Below are positions 1 to 7,312 of a DNA stretch of 40,989 nucleotides, one piece after another. The stretch comes from a virus. Lineage: Duplodnaviria > Caudoviricetes. Where the stretch lies: IMG/VR virus record IMGVR_UViG_3300032295_001980, positions 1 through 40,989 of that record. One strand, given 5' to 3'. A program made the position numbers and the translations under genes. A model generated the notes under the pieces. That model worked only from the letters and a program-made list of their open reading frames with translations. It searched no databases and had not been told where the DNA came from. Position 1 is the first letter of the stretch; each line of letters begins with the position of its first letter.

Positions 1-2
1 AC

Positions 3-1286
3 GCGCGGGCAGGCCAGCTTCTCAGCCGTATTGACATCCTCGATGTTCTCAACCACCTTGGCACGACCCTCTCCTCACGTCGCTCGGCGGAAATCGCACT
101 GGTTCCGCATGGCGATCCAGAGTGGGTGGAGTTTGCTAAGGCAAAGAAGGACTTCTGGGTCCACAACAACTTCCATCGCCAGCAGTCCAACAACTCGGTG
201 ATGTTCAAGTCGCGCCCCACTCAGGCCGACATCACGGAACTGTTCGACCTGATGCAGGAAGCTGGCGGCTCTGAGCCTGGCTTCATCAACATGGTGGAAG
301 GTAAGCGCCGTGCCCCGTGGATTTCGGGCGTGAATCCCTGCGCCGAAATCCTCCTGCCCAACAAGGGCTTCTGTAACCTTGTTGAAATCAATCTGAGCCA
401 CTTCAACGGCAAAAACCTCCGTAAGCTGTGGCGTACTGTGCAGCTTCTGGCTCGCGCCAACTACCGCCAGACCTGCGTCAATCTGGTGGACGGCGTGCTT
501 CAGCGGGCTTGGCACGAGAACAACGAGTTCCTGCGCCTGTGCGGCGTGGGCGTGACTGGCGTTGCCGAGTGGGACCGGGCTGACGACGCGCTGGCTTGGA
601 CGGAACTGCGGGATGCTGCACGTGGTGCGGCGTTCGAAATGGCTGACGAACTGGGCCTCCCCCGCCCCAAGGCGGTCACTACGGTCAAGCCGTCGGGCAC
701 CCTGTCCAAGATTATGGACACTACAGAGGGTGTTCACAAGCCGCTCGGCAAGTTCATCTTCAACAATGTGCGGTTCAGCAAGCATGATCCCTACGTCGAG
801 AAGCTGATCGCCGCGAACTACCGCGTCTTTCAGGACCCGTCCAGCCCGGATGCGGTGCTGGTCACGTTCCCGGTGGCTTATGAGAACGTCAAGTTCGACG
901 AAGTCGATGGCAAGTTCGTGAATATGGAGCCGGCCGTCACCCAGTTGGACCGCTACAAGCTGCTGATGGACAACTACGTGGACCATAACTGCTCGGTCAC
1001 TATCAGCTACAGCCCGGAAGAGGCGGCTGCTTCGGCGGAATGGCTGCATAAGAACTGGGATAACTACGTTGGTGTCAGCTTCCTGTACCGGACTGACCCC
1101 ACCAAGACCGCCAAGGACCTCGGCTACCTGTATTTGCCGCAGGAAGTGGTGGACGAAGAGACCTTCCGGGCCTACGCGGACACGCTGAAGCCGCTGGAAG
1201 GGGCTACGCAGGCCGAAACGGACGAACAGGAGTTCGAAATTGACACCGGAAGCGAGTGCGCGACCGGCGCCTGCCCCATCCGCTAA
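3..1286 (+). CDS. nrdJ: Class II (adenosylcobalamin-dependent) ribonucleotide reductase, 5' truncated by window edge
   Basis: The frame is open from nt 3 (ARAGQLLSRIDILDVLNHLGTTLSSRRSAEIAL...), upstream of the ORF-track start at 126. It has RRSA, catalytic NPCAE, CNL, TTVKPSGT and a C-terminal redox Cys pair ECATGACPIR. Confidence 0.92.
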   Translation, partial: ARAGQLLSRIDILDVLNHLGTTLSSRRSAEIALVPHGDPEWVEFAKAKKDFWVHNNFHRQQSNNSVMFKSRPTQADITELFDLMQEAGGSEPGFINMVEGKRRAPWISGVNPCAEILLPNKGFCNLVEINLSHFNGKNLRKLWRTVQLLARANYRQTCVNLVDGVLQRAWHENNEFLRLCGVGVTGVAEWDRADDALAWTELRDAARGAAFEMADELGLPRPKAVTTVKPSGTLSKIMDTTEGVHKPLGKFIFNNVRFSKHDPYVEKLIAANYRVFQDPSSPDAVLVTFPVAYENVKFDEVDGKFVNMEPAVTQLDRYKLLMDNYVDHNCSVTISYSPEEAAASAEWLHKNWDNYVGVSFLYRTDPTKTAKDLGYLYLPQEVVDEETFRAYADTLKPLEGATQAETDEQEFEIDTGSECATGACPIR

Positions 1287-1455
1287 GGTAAGGAGCCCGT
1301 GTTGTGGAGAATGTAGTGCTTTTGCTACCCCTGCTGGTCACTTTTGCACTGGTTGCAGGCGTAGTCTTGAAGAAATTGCTGGCTGGCGATCCTATTCTGA
1401 AGAGCAAAAGGCAAATGTTCTCAGGGCAGTAGCCGCTCGCACGCTAGACGCTTGA
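1240..1455 (+). CDS. DUF1289-like small Cys-rich (putative Fe-S/Zn) protein
   Basis: SPCxxxC...CxGCxRSxxEIxxW pattern. The TTG start lies inside the RNR 3' end, with AGGAG (1228-1232) 7 nt upstream. Confidence 0.7.
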   Translation: MTPEASARPAPAPSAKVRSPCCGECSAFATPAGHFCTGCRRSLEEIAGWRSYSEEQKANVLRAVAARTLDA

Positions 1456-1480
1456 CTTCTGGGGGCCGGTAGGGTAGTAT
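1452..1480 (+). promoter_or_regulatory. sigma70-type promoter TTGACT-N17-TAGTAT
   Basis: Near-consensus hexamers with a 17-nt spacer, upstream of ORF 1514. Confidence 0.75.
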
Positions 1481-1501
1481 TCCTATCGGCCTTCAGCTTT
1501 T
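1462..1501 (+). terminator. Possible intrinsic terminator overlapping the promoter
   Basis: GGGGCCGGTAGGG-tagtat-TCCTATCGGCCTT stem with G-U pairs, followed shortly by TTTT. Confidence 0.4.
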
Positions 1502-1513
1502 GGGACCTTTGGC

Positions 1514-1738
1514 ATGCAGTTTACGGTGCAATACGACGACGGCGTCTGGGTTTTCACGGTCGCATCCGACGATGACGAGCCTGACTACCTCGAAGAGTTC
1601 GAAATTACCAACATTGCGGACGCTGCGGCTGCTGCCAAGGACCTGATCGAGGAGATCATGGAGGCGGCCGAGGCCGAAGACGAAGAAGACGACGAAGCTG
1701 ACCCGCTCGAAGGGTTCCTCGACGAACTAGAGGAGTAG
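1514..1738 (+). CDS. Extremely acidic small protein (74 aa)
   Basis: About 29 D/E against one K and no R. It has its own promoter and phage-like codon usage. Confidence 0.8.
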   Translation: MQFTVQYDDGVWVFTVASDDDEPDYLEEFEITNIADAAAAAKDLIEEIMEAAEAEDEEDDEADPLEGFLDELEE

Positions 1739-1746
1739 GCTGCGCC

Positions 1747-1998
1747 GTGACTGCCGACCGGGACTCAGCTATTCAGGATTTCCTAGAGGCTACCGATATC
1801 GACAGGCGGCTTCTAGAGGCCATCTCGCGTGTCCTAGCCAAGTCGCCCCGCGCTGTCCTGATTGCTTGGGAGGACGACACGTCCTTCGGCATGACGTCCA
1901 TACCCTTTTCGAAAAGCCTGATCAAGGGCATGGTCGACACCGCATTCGACGCGGTCTTTGGCGACGACGAGGTGCCCGAGGCCGACCCCGATGAGTAA
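1747..1998 (+). CDS. Hypothetical acidic protein (83 aa)
   Basis: GTG start after AGGAG; acidic C-terminus. Confidence 0.7.
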   Translation: MTADRDSAIQDFLEATDIDRRLLEAISRVLAKSPRAVLIAWEDDTSFGMTSIPFSKSLIKGMVDTAFDAVFGDDEVPEADPDE

Positions 1999-2035
1999 CT
2001 GCCTGATCCGAAAGGCCTGGCAGGCTTGGGCTACC

Positions 2036-2064
2036 TTGATTGTCCTGCCTGCATATGTTATACT
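2036..2064 (+). promoter_or_regulatory. sigma70-type promoter TTGATT-N17-TATACT (extended -10)
   Basis: Hexamers with a 17-nt spacer and TGn before the -10 box, upstream of the fibre gene array. Confidence 0.7.
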
Positions 2065-2090
2065 TTTCCGCTGATCTAGGATAGGTTGAA

Positions 2091-2135
2091 ATGGCTTCCC
2101 AGATTCTTCGGCCGGGCAGCGGCTGGAAAGACTAA
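2091..2135 (+). CDS. Possible 14-aa mini-ORF MASQILRPGSGWKD
   Basis: ATG preceded by AGGATAGG; the stop lies 5 nt before the next ATG. Confidence 0.3.
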   Translation: MASQILRPGSGWKD

Positions 2136-2140
2136 CTTAG

Positions 2141-2665
2141 ATGCCCGTGAAGCTCAATAGCTCCGGTGGCGGCTCCGTCACGCTGGATGTGCCCAGCACT
2201 GGCGGGGCTTTTACACTTACCGTACCAGCCCAGAACGGGACTCTCGATGTTGGGGCCGGGTTTGCTTCTGGGACCGCCCTGCTGTTTGCCCAGACTGCCG
2301 CGCCTACAGGCTGGACCAAAAGTACGGCGCACAACGATAAGGCTTTGCGTGTCGTTTCCGGCACTGCATCGAGTGGTGGCTCTGTAGCCTTCACAACGGC
2401 CTTCGCGTCTCAAGCGGTGAACGGCACGGTTGGCAACACGACGCTGACGACATCTCAGATGCCGTCCCACCAGCACAACTTTACTTTTACGATTGGCACG
2501 TCTGGTGGGCAGTTTGGTCTTGTAGATAGTGGTAACACGGGTTCTTCTGGTACTCCAACCGTTACTGCGACAGGCGGCGGCGGCTCGCATAACCATTCGT
2601 TCACGGGCACGGCAATCAATCTTGCTGTGCAGTATGTGGACGTGATTATTGCAACGAAGGATTAA
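2141..2665 (+). CDS. Tail fibre tip protein, collar-like with HxH motifs
   Basis: LFAQTAAPTGWTK collar-like motif, TLTTSQMPSHQH and GGGGSHNH metal-binding motifs, and C-terminal VQYVDVIIATKD. Confidence 0.75.
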   Translation: MPVKLNSSGGGSVTLDVPSTGGAFTLTVPAQNGTLDVGAGFASGTALLFAQTAAPTGWTKSTAHNDKALRVVSGTASSGGSVAFTTAFASQAVNGTVGNTTLTTSQMPSHQHNFTFTIGTSGGQFGLVDSGNTGSSGTPTVTATGGGGSHNHSFTGTAINLAVQYVDVIIATKD

Positions 2666-2668
2666 GTT

Positions 2669-3004
2669 GTGGCTCGCAAGCCTCAGTCCGAAAGTACCTA
2701 CCTCTGCCCTCTCTTCAAGGAGAAGCAAGAGGATGTATGCCACAAGTGCGGCTTCTATACGCAGGTTCGCGGCAACCACCCGCAGACTGGTCAAGAGATC
2801 GATCACTGGGCATGTGCCATTGAGTGGCTCCCTATGCTGCTGATCGAAAACTCGCAGCAGTCGCGTCAGACGGGCGCCGCTGTCGAAAGCTTCCGCAACG
2901 AAATGGTGCGGGCAAACCAAGCAACTTTGCAGACCTTGCTGGCGGTGTCTATGCCCGCCGAACAGCCTAAGAAGGTGATTGCACATGCACCTGACGATCA
3001 TTAA
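2669..3004 (+). CDS. Conserved Cys-containing phage protein, fibre-associated
   Basis: CPL...CxxC...G.HPQTG...W.CAI.WLP.LLIEN...AAVESFRNE pattern, recalled from proteins next to phage fibre genes. Confidence 0.65.
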   Translation: MARKPQSESTYLCPLFKEKQEDVCHKCGFYTQVRGNHPQTGQEIDHWACAIEWLPMLLIENSQQSRQTGAAVESFRNEMVRANQATLQTLLAVSMPAEQPKKVIAHAPDDH

Positions 3005-3308
3005 AGCCGATAATGTCGTTGGTATCGACGGCAAGTTCTTGACCATTGACTGTGCTGTTCTTCCGGCCAACTTCCACGCTTTGCAATGGGACGGCCCTGA
3101 AGACGGCATTGGCGGTGAAGGTGAGGCTGAGTGGACGGGCAAGCCGAAGCCGCCCAACACCGTGGTAACTGATCTCGGTGAATATTATGTTTATGTAGAA
3201 GCGTGGCAGGCAGAGAAGCTGCGTTTTGAAGCAGAAGTTGCGGCGCAGCTTGAAGCTTTGCGGCTGGCCTCAATCGCGGCACCCGCTGTTCCGTCGGATA
3301 CTCCCTGA
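2985..3308 (+). CDS. Putative tail fibre assembly/chaperone protein
   Basis: LTII..D..V..DG...HALQW.G..GE.EW pattern; coupled to the next gene by TGATG. Confidence 0.6.
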   Translation: MHLTIIKADNVVGIDGKFLTIDCAVLPANFHALQWDGPEDGIGGEGEAEWTGKPKPPNTVVTDLGEYYVYVEAWQAEKLRFEAEVAAQLEALRLASIAAPAVPSDTP

Positions 3309-3967
3309 TGCCCGTCATCATCAACGGCTCCACCGGCATCTCGGGCACGGACGGCTCTGCCGCAACGCCTGCGGTCCAGGGCACCGACGCAAACACCGGG
3401 ATGTTCTTCCCTGCTGCTGACCAGATTGCCTTTGCCGAAGGCGGCACGGAAGTCATGCGGATCAACGCGAGCGGTCAGGTTGAGTACACTCTGGGCACCG
3501 CCTCTTTGCCGTCGATTACGGCCACTGGAGATACCAACACCGGCCTCTATTTCCCCGGCGCGGATCGCATTGGCTTTACTGAGGGCGGCGCGCAGGTCGG
3601 TGAGTTCGACGCCTCTGGCAATTTTCTATTCAACTCGGGCTACGGCTCTGTCGCGCGAGCTTTCGGTTGCCGGGCTTGGGTGAACTTCAACGGGCAGGGG
3701 ACTGTCGCTATTCGCGCGAGCGGCAACGTCAGCAGCATTACAGATGGCGGTGTGGGCATCTATAACATTAATTATGCAACGGCGATGCCAGATGCAAACT
3801 ACAGTGCAACTTCGGATGTAGCTCACTGGGGCGGTGTAACGCGACTTACAGCCGTTAATGTGGATGAATATACTACAGGGTATCTGGGTATTTTAGTTGT
3901 GGGCCAACAAACAACCTCTTGGGCTCACTATGACCCTTCATCTGTCTCTGTCGCCATTTTTCGCTGA
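3308..3967 (+). CDS. Tail fibre tip / receptor-binding protein
   Basis: Two internal GD.NTG.(F/Y)FP.AD.I.F.EGG repeats and a C-terminal CRAWVNFNG...SGNVSSITD.G.G.Y..N...AMPDANY domain. Confidence 0.75.
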   Translation: MPVIINGSTGISGTDGSAATPAVQGTDANTGMFFPAADQIAFAEGGTEVMRINASGQVEYTLGTASLPSITATGDTNTGLYFPGADRIGFTEGGAQVGEFDASGNFLFNSGYGSVARAFGCRAWVNFNGQGTVAIRASGNVSSITDGGVGIYNINYATAMPDANYSATSDVAHWGGVTRLTAVNVDEYTTGYLGILVVGQQTTSWAHYDPSSVSVAIFR

Positions 3968-3982
3968 TAGGAGCCCAGAACC

Positions 3983-4198
3983 ATGACCGATCAGCGCATC
4001 ATATTCCCGAGCGATGATGGCGGCGTCTGCGTCCTCATCCCGGCACCAGATTGGCTGGCCCAAGAGGGCAATACCATCGAAGCCCTTGCTGCCAAGGACG
4101 TGCCTGCTGGCAAGCCCTGGCAGATCGTCAGCGTCGAGGACATCCCGGCCGACCGGACGTTCCGTGCAGCCTGGGAATATGTGGAGGACGGCCAGTGA
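3983..4198 (+). CDS. Putative fibre chaperone, first part
   Basis: IIF...GGV.VLIP...AAKDVP.G..W.IV...DIP.DR.FR.AW; AGGAG RBS. Confidence 0.7.
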   Translation: MTDQRIIFPSDDGGVCVLIPAPDWLAQEGNTIEALAAKDVPAGKPWQIVSVEDIPADRTFRAAWEYVEDGQ

Positions 4199-4431
4199 TC
4201 CGCATCAACACCGACAAGGCCAAGGCCATCGCGCACGACATGCGTCGCTCTGCCCGCGCTGCTGAGTTCGCGACGCATGACGAAGCCATCGCCAAGCGCA
4301 TTCCCGGCACCGCCGAAGCAGAAGCCGAAGCTGCTCGCGCTGCCATCCGCGCCAAGTACGCTGTGATCCAAGAGGCGATCAATACTGCTACCACGACCGA
4401 CGAGATCAAGGCCGCGCTGGAGGCCCGCTGA
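4195..4431 (+). CDS. Putative fibre chaperone, second part (helical)
   Basis: GTG start in a GTGA overlap gives MIRINTDKAKAIAHDMRR...EIKAALEAR. The ORF-track start at 4051 is unlikely. Confidence 0.65.
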   Translation: MIRINTDKAKAIAHDMRRSARAAEFATHDEAIAKRIPGTAEAEAEAARAAIRAKYAVIQEAINTATTTDEIKAALEAR

Positions 4432-5417
4432 TGTCCACAATTCAATGTTCTAACATCAAGTCCGCCGCCTCCGCCTCGAACAACATCGTCCTCGACGCTT
4501 CGGGCAACGCGACATTCACCGGCACCGCCGTGATGTCCAGCAGCTTCCAGCGAAACCGGCTGATCAACGGCAATATGTACATTGCCCAGCGGGCTACGTC
4601 GGCCACCGTGACGGCTGGTACGGGCGTGCCTACGGCCAGCACAGGCTACCCCTGCGTGGACCGCTTCTTCGTCTACAGCACAGGCGCAAACGTCACGGCA
4701 GCACAGGTGTCGGGCGCCGGGGCGAACCGCAACCTGCTTCGCATCACGGGCGCCGCATCCGTTACGGCGGTCGGTATCGGCCAGCGCATTGAGGCGCTTA
4801 ACAGCTATGATCTTGCTGGCCAGACCTGCACGCTGTCCGTTGATCTTGCCAATTCGCTCCTGACGACGGTGACGTGGACGGCAAGCTACGCCACGACCGC
4901 CGACACCTTCGGCACCATCGGCACGCCGACCAAGACGCAGATTGCCACCGGCACCTTTACGGTCACCAGCACGCTGACGCGCTACTCCGTCAACATTGCG
5001 GTGCCCGCAGCGGCGACGACCGGCGTTGAGATCCTGTTCACCGTGGGCGCGCAGACGAGCGGCACTTGGGACGTCGGAAACGTGCAGTTTGAGCCCGGCA
5101 CCGTCGCAACGCCGTTTGAACGCAGGCAGTTCGGGCAGGAACTGGCGCTGTGCCAGAGGTATTATGAACGTGGCTTTGTGTGGCGATTCATAACGACAGG
5201 AACCTCAAACCTAGACGCGACAACAGTTTATTGGAAGGTTCAGAAGCGTGCAGCCGCTACCACAACTGTTGCGTTATCGTCTTCATCTGCGCTAGTTTCA
5301 GGGCCATTTCTCACGCCCGGCGGTGGAGGGCAGGGAGAATTTGGCGCCGAATACAGCTTTACGCTCAGTGGCAGTGGATTTTGCCATTCCTCTTGGACAG
5401 CTTCTGCGGAACTCTGA
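4431..5417 (+). CDS. Tail fibre tip protein with carbohydrate-binding-like domain
   Basis: RNRLINGNM.IAQR, DRF and VQFE.G..ATPFE.R..G.ELALCQRYY motifs, typical of phage fibre domains. Confidence 0.75.
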   Translation: MSTIQCSNIKSAASASNNIVLDASGNATFTGTAVMSSSFQRNRLINGNMYIAQRATSATVTAGTGVPTASTGYPCVDRFFVYSTGANVTAAQVSGAGANRNLLRITGAASVTAVGIGQRIEALNSYDLAGQTCTLSVDLANSLLTTVTWTASYATTADTFGTIGTPTKTQIATGTFTVTSTLTRYSVNIAVPAAATTGVEILFTVGAQTSGTWDVGNVQFEPGTVATPFERRQFGQELALCQRYYERGFVWRFITTGTSNLDATTVYWKVQKRAAATTTVALSSSSALVSGPFLTPGGGGQGEFGAEYSFTLSGSGFCHSSWTASAEL

Positions 5418-5420
5418 CCC

Positions 5421-5591
5421 ATGTACACCAACGCCCAATACTACAACGACCCGTCCGGCAACCCTGCTGGCATCCGCTGCGATATCAACGGCGTGACCAG
5501 CTTCGTGCCCCTCGACCCGGCGAACACCGACTATCAGAATATTATGCGTCTTGTCGATGAGGGCAAGCTGGTGATCGAGCCGGCGACCTAA
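5421..5591 (+). CDS. 56-aa fibre chaperone-like protein (absent from ORF track)
   Basis: Hand translation gives MYTNAQYYNDPSGNPAGIRCDINGVTSFVPLDPANTDYQNIMRLVDEGKLVIEPAT, with a P.DPAN.DY motif. Confidence 0.7.
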   Translation: MYTNAQYYNDPSGNPAGIRCDINGVTSFVPLDPANTDYQNIMRLVDEGKLVIEPAT

Positions 5592-5602
5592 AGGGAATCC
5601 AG

Positions 5603-7240
5603 ATGGCCGACCCGAAAAAGATTTCCGAACTTACGACCGCCGGCCCCCTTACCGGCGTCGAGCTTGTTCCTATCGTTCAGAACAGCGGCACCCTGCAAAC
5701 CAACCTAGCTACGGTCGCCATCTTCGCCACCAGCGCCGTCACCAACGACGTGGCCGCTGTCTCGCTGCGCCTCGACAATGTATCAGCCGCTGTCTCCGCA
5801 AATGCTGCCCAGATCGCTGTCGTTTCGGCCCTCACTTCTGTCAACGCGGTCGCTATCACGTCCGTCAATGCGGTTGTCTCGGCGCTTGAAGTGCGCGTTA
5901 GTGCGGTGTCGGCGGCTGCCGTTTCGTTGGGCACGGCCCTCACCTCTACCAACAACGTCGTTTCTGTTCTAGCTGATCGTGTTGCTGCTGTTTCAGCATC
6001 CGTCTCTGCCCTTCAAATTCAAATTAATGCAGTTTCGGCGGCCCTCACTTCCACCAACAACGTTGTCTCCGCACTCGAAATCCGTGTCAGCGCGGCCTCC
6101 GCAACGGGCGCTGCTAATGCTGCCGCCATCACATCCATCAACAATGTCGTCTCCGCTCTAGAAATCCGCGTTAGCGCGGTTTCGGCTGCCGTCACGTCTG
6201 TCAACAATGTGGTGTCGGTCCTTGATGTGCGGTTGACTGCCGTCTCGGCTTCCGTCTCCGTCCTCAACGTGCAGATGCTGGCAGTCCAAGCCTCCATCTC
6301 CGCTATCAACTCTGCTCTTGCAGCCATTGACGCCTCCGCTCTAGCTGCACTTGAACCGCGCGTTTCGGCCCTCGAAATCCGTGTAGCTGCCGTTTCGGCC
6401 TCCGTCAGCGCCCTCCAAATCCAAGTTAACGACGTCTCGGCAGCCCTGACTTCGACTAACAATGTCGTCTCTGCGCTCGAAATCCGGGTCAGCGCCGCTT
6501 CCGCTACCGGCGCAACAAACTCTGCAGCCATCACGTCCATCAACAACGTCGTCTCGGCGTTGGAAATCCGCGTCAGTGCTGCGTCTGCGACAGGCGTTAC
6601 CAACAGTGCGGCCATCACTTCTATCAACAACGTTGTTTCCGCCCTCGAAATTAGGGTCAGTGCTGTCTCGGCTACGGGCGTTACTAATGCCGCCGCCATC
6701 ACCTCCATTAACAATGTTGTCTCGGCCCTAGAAATCAGGGTCAGCACAGTTTCTGCCGCCGTCTCCGTCAATACTGTAGCCATCAACGCAGTTTCGGCAG
6801 CCGTCTCCCTCCGCGTCCTCCGCGCAGGCGACACCATGACGGGTCAGCTTGCCATTGCAGTCGCGGCCAATACTATCGGCGTGAGCGTCAGCGGCGGCCT
6901 TGTCGTCACCAGCGTCGTCAACTTCACAGGCGACAGCGCCCTCCTTCTCCAATCAGGCACCACTGCTACCCGGCCCACTTCCGTAACACCCGGCCTCATC
7001 CGCTTCAACAGCGGCTCCAACACCTTCGAAGGCTACACCTCTGCGACGTGGGGTGCAATCGGCGGTGGCGGTGGAGCAACGGGCGGCGGCACCAATCAAG
7101 CCTTCTACCTGAACGACACGGTCGTCTCGGTATCCTATTCCATTCCGTCTGGCAAGAACGCCGGTACCTTCGGCCCCATCACTGTCGCCAGCGGGGTGAC
7201 CGTCGAGGTGCCGTCCGGCTCCACGTGGACTGTGGTGTAG
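5603..7240 (+). CDS. Long coiled-coil fibre/stalk protein
   Basis: N-terminal KKISEL...L.G.EL.PIVQ, Ala/Ser/Val heptad repeats, GDTMTG, G.IRFN...FEGY, and C-terminal Y.IPSGKNA..FGPITVASGVTV.VPSGS.W.VV. Confidence 0.8.
   Translation: MADPKKISELTTAGPLTGVELVPIVQNSGTLQTNLATVAIFATSAVTNDVAAVSLRLDNVSAAVSANAAQIAVVSALTSVNAVAITSVNAVVSALEVRVSAVSAAAVSLGTALTSTNNVVSVLADRVAAVSASVSALQIQINAVSAALTSTNNVVSALEIRVSAASATGAANAAAITSINNVVSALEIRVSAVSAAVTSVNNVVSVLDVRLTAVSASVSVLNVQMLAVQASISAINSALAAIDASALAALEPRVSALEIRVAAVSASVSALQIQVNDVSAALTSTNNVVSALEIRVSAASATGATNSAAITSINNVVSALEIRVSAASATGVTNSAAITSINNVVSALEIRVSAVSATGVTNAAAITSINNVVSALEIRVSTVSAAVSVNTVAINAVSAAVSLRVLRAGDTMTGQLAIAVAANTIGVSVSGGLVVTSVVNFTGDSALLLQSGTTATRPTSVTPGLIRFNSGSNTFEGYTSATWGAIGGGGGATGGGTNQAFYLNDTVVSVSYSIPSGKNAGTFGPITVASGVTVEVPSGSTWTVV
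5850..6770 (+). repeat. Coding tandem repeats, basic unit 84 bp / 28 aa (AAITSINNVVSALEIRVSAASATG...)
   Basis: Seven SALEIRV copies plus SALEVRV; the last four units are contiguous. Confidence 0.85.
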
Positions 7241-7260
7241 TGAGGAAGGTGAGAATCTCC

Positions 7261-7289
7261 TTGCATTCCTTTTTCACCCCGGCTAGAGT
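7261..7289 (+). promoter_or_regulatory. sigma70-type promoter TTGCAT-N17-TAGAGT
   Basis: Intergenic with a 17-nt spacer, followed by an AAGGAG RBS and ATG 7313. Confidence 0.6.
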
Positions 7290-7312
7290 GGGCTCCTAAC
7301 CAAGGAGCAGCC

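Noticed and set aside
3420-3600. FAEGG and FTEGG in the fibre tip protein resembling the GG motif
   Set aside because: They are part of the fibre's own beta-repeat (AD.I.F.EGG) and lack the x[VI] ending and basic context.
2141-5417. Diversity-generating retroelement targeting fibre tips
   Set aside because: No reverse transcriptase or template/variable repeat pair is visible in this window. It cannot be excluded outside it.
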